Shown here: positions 40,863 through 52,599 of the stretch, in pieces
Numbering within the stretch: the first letter of the stretch is position 1
Layout of the letters: each line of letters begins with the position of its first letter
Assembly (NCBI RefSeq): GCF_009834535.1
Contig: NC_045696.1
Location: 27,158,001 to 27,222,000, forward strand
DNA length: 64,000 bases
Direction of reading: 5' to 3'
Origin: Camelus ferus
Taxonomy: Eukaryota
Notes under the pieces: model-generated
Told to the model about the DNA's origin: nothing
The model's database searches: none
Seen by the model: only the letters and a program-made list of their open reading frames with translations
Position numbers and translations under genes: made by a program

Positions 40863-41574
40863 ACCATCATGACTCTTCATTATCTCACGTACAAACTGAT
40901 TTTAATGTGGTGAGACTTATATTTTAATATGTACTTGAAAATATATTGTTAACTAAAAAATTCCATAAAACTTTGAAAGAAGCAGGGAAATACTTCGCAG
41001 GTATTAAATTCTATGATCTCCCTATTATGCCATTATCCCTACAAAAAGGAATTAAAAATTAGTGTATTCCTGTTTCTATTTATTTTTCCTGCCTTCCTGA
41101 AGTTACAAGTAAGGAATAAACAAAAAGATGAAAGGTAGGAAGAGAAAGCAAGAGCAAAGGTGATTGTTATGATGCAAGTGAATGACTTAGGTCCTGGTTA
41201 TTAGCTAAGGATTTGTTGCCTGAATTTCAGAATTTATTCAAAACCCCTTATAGCTTCTTTGGCACATGCAAATATGAAGGAATATCACATCTCTGATTTA
41301 TAAAATAAAATCCAAGAACCAGTGACTCAATATGACTATTTGGGGCAGAAGATGCTTCACAGCTGGACGATTTACTACTAGGATCATTAAGGGTGACACT
41401 AAACACATAATACAAGGATTTTGTTTACCTTCATTCTGTTTCAGAAACAACATACTCCCCTCTCAAAACATACGCTGTTACTTAAATGCCTGGCAACTCC
41501 TTTTATTTTCAGGTCTTCTTTCTTCCTGTTTCCAATTTCATGGATTTCCTACTCACTAAAGACATTTAAGCCGT

Positions 41575-42075
41575 TCTGGTTATATACTGCTGTGTAACAA
41601 ACCACCTCATACTCACTGGCATAAAGTAACAACAATTTTATTATGTGGGTCAGGAATTCAAAGCAGAGCTGAGAAGGCTTGTCTTGGGATGTTTTTATAG
41701 CTGCGCCATGAAATCTGGGCTCCCAGCTGGGAGGTTATGTGTCTGGGGTGACTCAAATGGCTGTGGATTGGAATCATTAGACTCCCATGACAGGCACTAA
41801 AGCTGGGCTCAGTTGAGACTGATGACCGACACAAGACCTTTTGAGGTAGCTAGGTTTTTTAAAGCATAGCAGCTGGATTCCAAGAGCCAGTTTCTGCAGA
41901 GCAAATGTTCAAAAACTAAGGAAGATGCATGATGAGCTAAGCTCAAAAATCAATAGTCCTCCCCTATTGGTTGAAGTAGTCACAATTTTATCATGATTGA
42001 AGGAGATGATTCAGAGGCTTTGCCTCCTGATGAGAGGAGTGTCAAAGAATTTGCAGTCGTTTTTTTAAAAATTAC
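41575..42075 (-). mobile_element. MaLR LTR (MLT1G/H-like)
   Basis: ctgctgtgtaacaaaccacctc, tgtgggtcaggaattc, ctattggttgaagtagtcaca, tgagaggagtgtcaaagaatttgcag. Confidence 0.75.
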
Positions 42076-43081
42076 TACATAAACCACGTATAAAAGCTGG
42101 AGCACAGACTAATTGCTAAATGTATGAATAAGAATGTGTGTATGTTGCTTATTATTGGAGGCATTCCATCATCCATTCTATTCAGCAAACAGTCCATATA
42201 CTTCATGGGTAACAGCTCAACACACTTCAGTGGAAGACCTAATGAGTCTAGGGAAATCCAGATTTCAGCCAAACAGTACAGGGTATTTCTCTGGACATAG
42301 GGTTGGTCCTGGAAAGAGCATGTGTAACAATTTAGATCACTGGGATACATTTTTAGACAGTATTGACTTTTTCTGCCTTTGTCTCTTGGCCTCTGAACAT
42401 TATCCTGTGTGCCTTGAGGCTTGGTCTATTATGGCCATTTTGGTAACAGCTGGAGAAAGAAAGCAACATGTGGAGCAAAGCAGAGCAAAAACATTCAAAG
42501 ACAGAAGGAGTCAGAGCTTGATTGAGTCCTGTCCTCTGAGAGTAGTTTTGCTTTGCTTTTTCAGTTCCATTACACCATAACTTTCTTTCATTGCTTAGCC
42601 ACGCCAAGTTGGATTTTATGTGTTTTATGTGTATCTGTGTTCAGAAGCATCATAACTGATATTGTCTGTATGGAAGAGAAATTAAATATAAAATAAAGTA
42701 ATCCTGAATCCCCTTGATATTTTTGTCAGTTAATCCTTTTATGTTTTTATTAAGTCCTTAAATTTATGTGATTCCAGAACTATTTTAGTTGGAGAATGAT
42801 GGAAACTGTCCAAAAAACAAAAACAGAAACAAAAAAACCCCAGATAATCCAAATTGCTTTTCTCAAACATAATCAAGAATTGGTCTTTGGGGCTCATCTG
42901 GATATATTTTAACTTTAAAAGGTATTCGATATGTATTTCTGTAAGTGGAAGAGAATACAATTTTGAGATAACCCAAGCTTTATGTGTTATAAATTGATGA
43001 CTTCTTTTTCAGTCTTCATAATCCAACTAGCCTCTACTTCAATTCCTGTTTAGAATTTCAGTAAGCTTCTTTATTGCCATG

Positions 43082-43431
43082 TGCTAAAGTGTGAATATTT
43101 GTGTCCCCCCAGATTCCTATGTTGAAACCTTAACCCACAGTGTGATAGTATTAGGAGGTGACTCAGTCACAAGGGTGGAGCCTCATGAATGGGATTCGTT
43201 CCCTTAAAAACAAAGACCTCAGAGAGCACCCTTCCTTCTTCTGCCAAATAAGGACACAGTGAAAGATATCTGTCTAGGAACAGGGAAGCAGGCTCTCACC
43301 AGGCAACAAATCTGCAAGTGCCTTGTTCTTGGATTTTCCAGCCTCCAGAACTGTGAAAAATAAATTCATGTCATTGATAAGCCACTCAGTCCAAGGCACT
43401 TTTATTATAGCAGACTGAATGGACTAAAACA
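43082..43431 (+). mobile_element. MaLR solo LTR (MLT1A-like)
   Basis: tgct...gactaaaaca termini, ttccagcctccagaactgtgaaaaataaatt motif, TSD ccatg/tcatg. Confidence 0.9.
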
Positions 43432-44911
43432 TCATGTAAATACTTCTATTACGTGATTCACACTCTGTTGTGTGTGTGTGTCTGCCTCCCATTACATTTT
43501 GAGCAAGCACTTCTGGGACTTGCCCATCTTTATTCTTAGCACAGAGTAGATGCCCAGTAGACTGCCAAGCCAATGAATGAATGCCCAGATCGAAATCAGG
43601 GTGGGGAGCATGAGTAAAAGTTTATAAAGAACTTAATCGAACTCTTTTGATTACATTGTAGAAGGTGACTACTTTTTAGCATAGTCCAGGAGTCATATTT
43701 TTGACACCATAGTATATAGCAGGATAAGAAATCAGGTTTACTCAAAATGATTGTTTAATTATGCACTCTTGAAACATGTGGGGCTTAATTAACAGTGGTT
43801 GATCATAAATCATGCAGATAAAATATATTAACTTCCCAGAATATGCTAATCCCATGCATAGGTGCATTATTAGTCTAAGTAATTAATTATTTTTCTTGAC
43901 TTATTTTTCCCCCAAAGTATTCAAGTATTCAAAATGGTAAGGTATTTTACTTACTATAAATGTCTTAGCCCATTTAAAAAAGACAGATTTTTAAAAAATA
44001 TTTAAAACTTTCCAAAAGACTCCCTTTTCCCATAGAGAGGCAGAAGTGGGAGCACAGGGATTGCAGGGTTAGGCAAAGCAATGAAAAATTCTGCCTTAGA
44101 AAGGTAATGTTGTATGACCTTGAGCAAACAAAGGTACGTATTCTTGGAAGATTCAGTTGGTTTCAAGTCAGAAAGACCTTTAATTTGGCAGATGTTAATA
44201 TGGGATTCCATATGCACATATATATATACAATTGATATGTTTCGGAAATTATCATTTATAATTTCTTATTTTTAAAAATGGCCTTTGGAACCTAAGCAAT
44301 ACTTTAAAATTTATACATTAATTAAAGGTAATGGAGCTTTTAAATGTTTGGTGCCAACAGCACAACACACTCCACTTACTGGAATTACCTCCCAAATAAA
44401 CTGTACCGAAGTCTTTGTCATGAGGGCTGCCACTGGGGAGCCACAGACAAGACTAAGTCACTGACTCTCATCTGATTCTTTTGGGGGAATGTAATTTACC
44501 AAAGTATATTTTTAACTAACTGCAAAAAGGATAAGGTGCAGATTTCATGTAGTTCTGAAAGTTAGGGATTATTTAACCTAAAGAAAAAGAAGTGTTATGA
44601 TTCCCTGGCTCGGTAGAGATAGGAATGTCATGCTTGTACTGCCCATAGAAAGTTAACTAACTTAGCAATTATATTTAAGTTTCTTCCACAACTTTTCTTC
44701 AAATGCTCTTTGTCTTTTTCCTGATTCCCTTATTAATGAGGTAAACTTTGACAAATGCTCCCTGCCTGTTGGCATGTGGTGTGCTTTTTAACAGAAGGCA
44801 ATGGAAACTGCATCATGACCGCTGCCTGATAGTGAGTACAAGACAGTGCTGAGACCAGAGGCATTCTAGCTTCAGATACATTTCAGTGAAGCCTTTACTT
44901 GGTATGTTAGG

Positions 44912-45085
44912 GCAGTGGTTTTCAAACTTGTTTTTCAAACATAAAATTACTGGTATTGTCTCCAAAGTATTAATTATTAAGACTTGCCTCCTGGGATTCT
45001 GATTCAGCAGGATCAGAACAAGAATCAGGAATTTACACTTCTGACCAGAGGACAGCTCTCCATGGACACTGCTTCAAGAAACATG
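44912..45085. mobile_element. MER5-type hAT element
   Basis: cagtggttttcaaactt...gattctgattcagcagg...caggaatttacacttct...cttcaagaaac. Confidence 0.65.
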
Positions 45086-46399
45086 GGTGTAGAGCCTCTG
45101 GAGAACAAAAATCTTTGAAAATATTTGTAAAACTTCTCCATTTAAAATCCATTTGTTGTCTTTCTCTCACCAGTGTTCAAAACAGGGACTGAGAGAGAGA
45201 GAGATTATAACTTTCTCAGCTACTTCAATGGCACTCAAAGTGCTAATTAAATAGTCTAGTTTGTTGTTAAGAATAAGACATTTCCATTATAAAGGATTAT
45301 CTAATTTTTGAAGAAAAAAGTAATAGTTGTTTTCCCATACAACCTTTGAAAGAGACATCTAAAAATGTTCAGGATTTGATTAGAAAGTCAGTTTACTAAT
45401 TCAAAGTAATTTTTGTATTCTGAATGTGAGCAAATCTTTTAAGCCCAAGATCTCTAATTTATTTTATTCCATTTATGTATTCTATATTTTTGTTAATTTG
45501 GGGCTAATTTCTTTAAACCACTAACTTCAGAATTTTACAGCTGACACATAGGTGCTTAGGAAACAGTTCAGTCTGCAGTGTTGGCATCTGGCTTTGGAGT
45601 GTTATTTAGATGTTCCATGTTTTGTGATTTTATAAACATGAGGCGATAATAAAAATGAAAATGCTGATAGATGATAAGCTTGCAGTACTGGTGTGTTACA
45701 AATGGAAATAAGGCCTTAATGAGGACTTTCCTGATGGAGTGTGTTGATAAAAGGGGGAAAGAGAAAAAAGCAACTTGTGCATCGGTGTAAAACAGAAACT
45801 AAGTCAAAGGACCCAAAAACAGAGGGTCCTTAAGGTTCTTGGTTGGGAGTCCTGCTACAGAATCCTTTTTGAAAAGAAAAAGGTCAGTGTCCCTATCTCA
45901 CTGGAGGAAACTTCCCTAAAACTTTTTGATACTAAAATGACCACTACATTCTCATGCTCTTTGATTTCGTGTTGCCAAATCCTTACTTTTTCAACATTTA
46001 ACTTCTTTCTGCTGAATTCTCTTGAAATAAGGTGAGAAAACTGGCATTTGAGGACAGATATTTCGATTTTTAAAGAGTAACCTCTGTCTTTAATATTTTC
46101 TTTAATCGCATCCTTTTGTAGCAAGATTGTATTTTGAAACATTAACAGACGCTGCACCTGTTATAAGCTATTTCCTTCTATTCTACCCCACTTCGGGCAC
46201 CTGAAAGAGCTTTCTGTATGTATTGCCCTGCGATGGTTACCAGAGAAATGCAAAGGGGTGTTTGCTACAGAAAAGCAATTCAATATTCCCTTTTGGATTT
46301 CAAAGTAGATTTTTGAAATCTATAGCAGAGTAAAGGCCGAACTGCAAGAGCTAACTTCTTGCAAACCTAAGATCTGGCATGTAAGCAATAGGCATGAGT

Positions 46400-46600
46400 T
46401 TCCCTTCCTCCCTCCTTCCCCCTTCCCCTCTCCCTCCCTCACTCCTTCCTTTTCTCCTTCCCTTCTCTCCCTCTCTTCCTCCTTCCCTCCTTTCCTCTTC
46501 TCCTCTCCCTCCCTCCTTCTCTCTTCTCCTATCCTCCCTCCCTCTTTCTCTCTTGGAATCTCTGTCTCTCCCCCTCTCTCTTTCTCCCTCCCTTTCATCT
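46400..46600. repeat. Polypyrimidine/polypurine low-complexity tract (~200 bp)
   Basis: Almost only C/T on the plus strand. Confidence 0.95.
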
Positions 46601-47769
46601 CACTGGGAAGAGAGAATTAAACAGGAGGGAAGGGAATTAAATATAGTGAGTGTGTATTACTGAGGTTTCTGATCCCAGTGTCCTCTCCCCTTCTAATCAA
46701 GTAGGGCTTGGGGAATCTGAAAGTAAAGACCTATTTCCAGCTCAATACCAGAGAGACAGCAGGTATCACCCAATAAATCCTGGGCACTTACTATGGACTT
46801 CACCTAGATCAACTCATTTAATCCCACAATGACCTTGTACGGTAGATATTATTAATATAACCACTTTGTGACAGCAAATACTTTGAGGAGCCAAGATTTA
46901 AGCACAGGTGGTCTAGATCTGGAACCAAAGTTTATTTCTTCTAAAATGCAGAAGTAACTGCTATTCCCCCTCCCAACCCACACAGCCCAAAGTTGATATC
47001 CCGTAAGGCCCTAAGGAAGGGCCTCCACATCCAAGTTTCCAGAGCCCCCGCATGGCACAGAATAACGTACAGAATTCATGGGTCCCCACACCCAACCTAC
47101 ATCAGAAGGCTTAGAGAGAGTCAATGGATAATCAAGGACATTGAGGTTGGGGAGAGGGGGATGAGGAGTAAAGGCGCTGACAAACGGAGACCACTGGAAG
47201 CTTGGACAATAGCAGTAATGCCAAAAGCCCCAACCACCCGAACCCCCACACTTTCTACACAAGAAGACAGCCTCTGGAATTTAGATACGACACTGCGGAG
47301 GGGAAGGAAGGGCAAAATCCAGACTCCATGTCTGAAGTGACCAAGAAAGATATAATTGAGTTCACCTGGAACTAAGATGCTATTTTCTGCCGCTAGGCAG
47401 AACAGCACCCAAAATAGACACTAAGTCTAGTCATTGAGACCTCAAGTGAGATGTTTACACCCCTGAATTGTGAGGTATGTGCAATGCTGGCCCTCAGGAA
47501 TTCAAAAGCAAAAAAACAAGCAAAAACACCAAGAATTTATTCCACAGTTAGGGATTTCACAGTGATTTTTACTCACCAGGCATGGAACCACTCCCATCCT
47601 TTGAACCACACTTATTTTTTGACCTTTAAAAAAAACTAAAACTTTGCAAGTTTTGGGGAACAAACTATGTGTGAAAAGTGGAGAAAACATGTGTGCAATG
47701 ATTTCAGTCCACAAATACAACATCTTCTATTGTTTTGGGGGTTTACAGAGTCCATATCATATACATTAA

Positions 47770-47910
47770 TTCACTAAATCATGACAATAGCTCCATGAGG
47801 TAGGTATTATTGAATTTACAGGTGAAGTACCTGAGACTTCGAGGTTAAGTAACATGTCCAAGGAAACATAGCCCATGACAGAACTGGGACTCAAACCCAG
47901 GCCCTCTGAT
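47770..47910 (-). mobile_element. MIR
   Basis: atgaggtaggtattatt...gaggttaagtaacatgtccaagg...gaactgggactcaaacccagg. Confidence 0.8.
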
Positions 47911-48827
47911 ACACATAATTTGTATGTATATCAGATACTCAAAAGAGAAACTAGCTTAATTTTAGTCAGTTCACCAAAAGAAAGAGAAAATATTAGGCCA
48001 TTTAATGTCTCTCTCCATTTTTCCCCCCTTGATATAGCTTGGAAACTTGACTTCTTGACCTACAGGCCTGTTCATCTCTAGGTAGATGCTGGTGATTGCT
48101 TCACTTTTGTAAAGTTAAATTTCAAATTATTACATTCCCCTTTTTTCAGTTTTTTCCCCCAGATTTTCAAATTATGATCAACACAAAATTTAGCAATATG
48201 TAAGTCACAGAAAAAAAAAAAAACTTTCACTAGATTCTGTTGCTCTTGAAACTTCCAAGACATAATACCCATTTCGTCCATCCATTCAAAGTTGAATAAT
48301 TGAATATACTGACTTTAATCTAATGAACAATAATATGCAAGTTGGTAAATGATAAATACTGTATTGTCAAATTTTCACATAAGTTTGTAACAAGAAAGCA
48401 GATAATTACTGATAAATATTTTGGATTTATATAATTTTCTTGTTGCCAGAACATAAGTGGTCCAAATTTTACAAATCAGATTTATTGTTGTTGAATCCTG
48501 ACTCTTTCAGGAAAAGGTTAACTGAAATTCAGATACACACACATACACATTTTAGTACATTCTTAATATTGAAAAGTTACTCTCTGATTAAATGATTAAC
48601 TTTTAGTTTATGATTCATGCTGTATCTTTAATTTCAGAGGAGTAAAATGAGAATTTTTCCTTACAAGTAGAAACCTGGTTGTTCATAAAAGAGAATTTTT
48701 ACCCATTTGATAATATAGTGGTGAAATGTTAAGACAGCACAACTTTGTGATTAAATGGAATAAATCTGATCACACAATGAAAAAAAAAGAAATCAACACA
48801 GGAAAGAATGATATATTTGAGAACATT

Positions 48828-48833
48828 TTTAAT
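48828..48833 (-). terminator. ROBO1 poly(A) signal ATTAAA
   Basis: Minus strand reads ATTAAAAATGTTCTCAAATATATCATTCTTTCCTGTGTTGATTTCTTTTTTTT: hexamer plus downstream GU/U-rich element. Confidence 0.75.
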
Positions 48834-49126
48834 AAATAATGTGACAAAATTACTTTTCTGATTATTGGATTTTCAGTATGCAAAATTATGGCTAAAAATA
48901 AGAGGCTTCTTACACGAACATAATGAAAACATTAATCACATGGATTGTTCCCTTAGTACTGCACACCTTTTCTATGTAAATTTCAAATTATCTAAGTGAA
49001 CACATTCAGTTTTTGGTGAACACCAGATTTTGTGTGTGTGTGTGGTTCAGTTTTGTTTGGCTTTGTTTTCTAGTGGGGTCAGGCCTGATACCTATATATG
49101 AATAAATGTACATTTTTTTCTTCAAA

Positions 49127-49134
49127 TAGCACCA
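49127..49134 (-). promoter_or_regulatory. miR-29 family 8mer seed site (UGGUGCUA)
   Basis: Plus-strand tagcacca inside the 3'UTR. Confidence 0.7.
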
Positions 49135-49501
49135 ATTATAAAGTCAATGAATTTTATAGAACAACAAAAAAGGATCATAAAAATCTACAGTCAGAGGGCA
49201 TCATTTGGCAAGTAAAAGCAAGTAATGCCTCTAGTTGAGCTTATAAGGAAATCTTGTAAGTTTCACCATTGGCCACAATAAACTTAAACCTTTTTCTCCT
49301 TAAGTCCAGGAAAAGTAAGAACCATTGAGTTCATGGCCCACAATAAAGTATGCACGTTACTTCACCATCTGTCATCATTCAAATATTCCAAATACAAACA
49401 TAGAGCATTAACAAAACAGGTTAAAAACGCTTCTCAACATTTTTTTTCAATAAGACAAAAAAGGTTAATAGTTACAATGGTTTACAAATAAAGTTTAGTG
49501 A

Positions 49502-49509
49502 TTGTGCTT
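49502..49509 (-). promoter_or_regulatory. miR-218 8mer seed site (AAGCACAA) in ROBO1 3'UTR
   Basis: Plus-strand ttgtgctt. miR-218 (hosted in SLIT2/SLIT3 introns) is an established ROBO1 regulator. Confidence 0.85.
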
Positions 49510-49881
49510 TTAAAACCAAAAAAAAAAAAAAAAAAAGATTAAAAACAGTGCATTACAAAAACAAAAATCAAACTTCCTTAAGTGGCACTTCTGAAAGTTG
49601 AACTGACACTACCAGAAGAAATTTAGGCCAGTTAAGATAGGGATGTCCTTATTCAATTGGTCATTAAAAACATCCATTTATTTGTAATATGTATTTATAA
49701 TTGCTTTTTGATTGAAAAATAGAACAAGGTTTTTGCTAGGCTGACTTATGACAATGACTAGACAACCAGAGATCCAACTGGCTTATCCCTACTTATCCAA
49801 AAGTACATTTCCAATAAGAATATACTTCAATGATTGAAAAGAAGACAAAATTAAGTACCACCAGGGGTTGCAAAGAGTATA

Positions 49882-49889
49882 TATTTACA
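49882..49889 (-). promoter_or_regulatory. Pumilio response element UGUAAAUA
   Basis: Plus-strand tatttaca is an exact PRE consensus on the mRNA strand. Confidence 0.5.
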
Positions 49890-50416
49890 ATGATTTTACC
49901 CCATTCAAATTGATTGTGGTTGCTCTGCATTTGCTATATATTTTTTCTTCTCCCAGCAGAGGGTGGTATGAAAGACTGATTCTAAAATCATGTTAAAATG
50001 ATTACATTTTATGTTTCAGTAAACGTAATTCAGAAGTTATGTTTTAATTTGCATTAGCAGTTGGTTATAGAAAGATTATATCTTGAGAGCCCTTGACATG
50101 AGGATGATTAGTCAATTTTGTGTCTTTGAACAATATTTTGCTGTATATTGGCTTGGTTTATAAGCAGTGCAATGCCATATCTCAGGGGCAAAATGCGAAA
50201 GAACTGTTTTGTTCTCTCCTGCTGGCTGATGACTGAAGCAAGAAGTCAAATACTTCCCTTGTTGGAAGTACGGTGTAATGATTTGTTCCAACAGCGAGGG
50301 GAATAGGGATGTTCTTCATTGGGATAGGGATCAAACAACAACAATAAAACCCCAATGAAATTTTAAAAAATGGTATTCCGAATAAGAGGAATAAAAACGA
50401 CAATTTGTACACTCTG

Positions 50417-50423
50417 ATTGCAC
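50417..50423 (-). promoter_or_regulatory. miR-25/32/92 family 7mer-m8 site (GUGCAAU)
   Basis: Plus-strand attgcac about 95 nt after the stop codon. Confidence 0.55.
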
Positions 50424-50515
50424 TGAATATTTTATCTGGCGTCATATGTCATCAGATATGAGGCATCTCGAGTGATAATTTTCACATTAGCTCTCACAAG
50501 CCTCTCTGAGGGTCT

Positions 50516-50530
50516 TCAGCTTTCAGTTTC
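50516..50530 (-). CDS. ROBO1: ROBO1 terminal exon coding part (ETES-stop)
   Basis: Acceptor ctctcttacag|GAA ACT GAA AGC TGA completes the known ...EELEETES* C-terminus in frame. Confidence 0.95.
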   Translation of the reverse strand, partial: ETES

Positions 50531-51666
50531 CTGTAAGAGAGAAGTTTTTGTTGAATGTGAAAATAAATCTCAGAGTACTTTCCTATTGTATATTTATTTA
50601 TATGTTTTTATTCTTATGGTTTGTGTTTCTTCACCCGTTCACTAGTACACATTGGAAAATGCTCATGGCAACATATTTACTTGTCAACTTTAGTTGGTTC
50701 TGACAGCAAATCCAATAGTTCTCTAACAAGTACTAAACTGTGTTCCTGCACAGGGTCTGGATGTTGAGGGGTGCGGCATGGAGAGAGGAACAGGAGTACT
50801 CCAAGCTCTCTACTCCTCCAGCCTCAAGTCAACATTGGAGCTCAATTTTTATTGCTTTTAAATAGTAGAGTTGTCTATAATGACTTTTGTTCCCCAAAAG
50901 GACTCTTCTATTTAAAAAAAAAAGTTGAAAAACAACTTTTCTAACAGCATTTGCAGGAGGAAAGTCTCTTATTCCAAAACTCAAAGTTAAAATACATTGG
51001 GCATCATAGAAAAATTCAGTTAGATGTAATTATAATTTTTCATCTTCTATTATAAAAAGTTAGAATTTAACACTTAGTGAACAATCTGAGGGAAAGTAAA
51101 TATATTTGTAAGAAGAGAAATTTGTCTTCAACCTGTTTTTTTATTAAATGGAGAAAATACAATCTTAAAAATGGTAGGTGATTTTTTAATAAGATGTGAT
51201 TTACTGCCAACTGTATCTTATGTTGCTATCAAGAGATTCCAACAAAGGAGTGTATCTTTAACTCAAGAAGTGTTCTCCACCTGGGAGGTTCAGTGTCAAG
51301 TATCAGGGTCCCATTTTCAAAAGACTGAAGATTAAAGATAGTTGGGCAAATCATCCTCATTAACCCCAGTGATCACTAGGGTGGCAGATAACACAGGCAA
51401 AACACTCTCACTCACACCCTATAACTCTGTCACTTTACTAGGTTTTTATAACCTACCATAATACTATGAATGATAATTATCTAGATCAATAGTTCTTATT
51501 TCCTAACAAAAATGTTTGCCATCTACATTTCCTATCTCAATATCTGTAAATGAATATGAACCCTAAATTTAAAAAGAAACTGTTATTACCTATTTAAAAC
51601 TTCGGAACACATTTCAAGAAAATCATTAAATTCTCAGAATTTCATTTGCCGGCGTCACTGACATTA

Positions 51667-52092
<426 letters not shown>

Positions 52093-52249
52093 TTACAACA
52101 ATGATGAGAAGGACAGCACTGCCTTCTGAAAATGAAAGTGACAACCTTGCTATTTTCCAAGCAGTGGTCAGGGTTTAGGTTGATTATACTCATAAGCTCT
52201 TGCCCACCTCAAACTCACTTGGGACCAATATCCTTATAAGACGGAAACC

Positions 52250-52440
52250 AGACCTGAAGTCAGACGTAGCTTCCAGTTCCATCCTTCACTATATGATCTC
52301 CCATTATCTTAGGCTTTAGTTTCTACTTTTCTAAGAAAGTGATAATAGTAGCTACACCCAGAGGACTTGCTAGTATTGATGTGAAAGCAAATGAGATAGT
52401 GGAATCCCCATGTAAACTATGAAGGATTATAATAAGGCAT
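52250..52440 (+). mobile_element. MIR
   Basis: cagacctgaagtcagac...ctttagtttctacttttctaag...gataatagtagctac. Confidence 0.5.
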
Positions 52441-52599
52441 TGACAGAAAAAAAAAAAAAAAAGCCCAGTCTTCTTGAATCACCAAAACAGAGCCAAGCCC
52501 AGATTCACTTCCTAGACACCAAGATGCCAACCTCCATTTTAAAATCATATTCACATTGTGGAATCCTGAATCTCAGGAGCCTGACATCATTGCTAGCTT

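Larger units (their letters stand above)
48812..50515 (-). other. ROBO1: ROBO1 3'UTR (~1.7 kb; cleavage site approximate)
   Basis: Follows the stop codon, is AU-rich with no recognised interspersed repeat, and ends at ATTAAA followed by a GU/U-rich tract. Confidence 0.85.

Noticed and set aside
46320..46663. E/R/G-rich and S/P/L-rich ORFs
   Set aside because: Artefacts of the purine/pyrimidine low-complexity tract.
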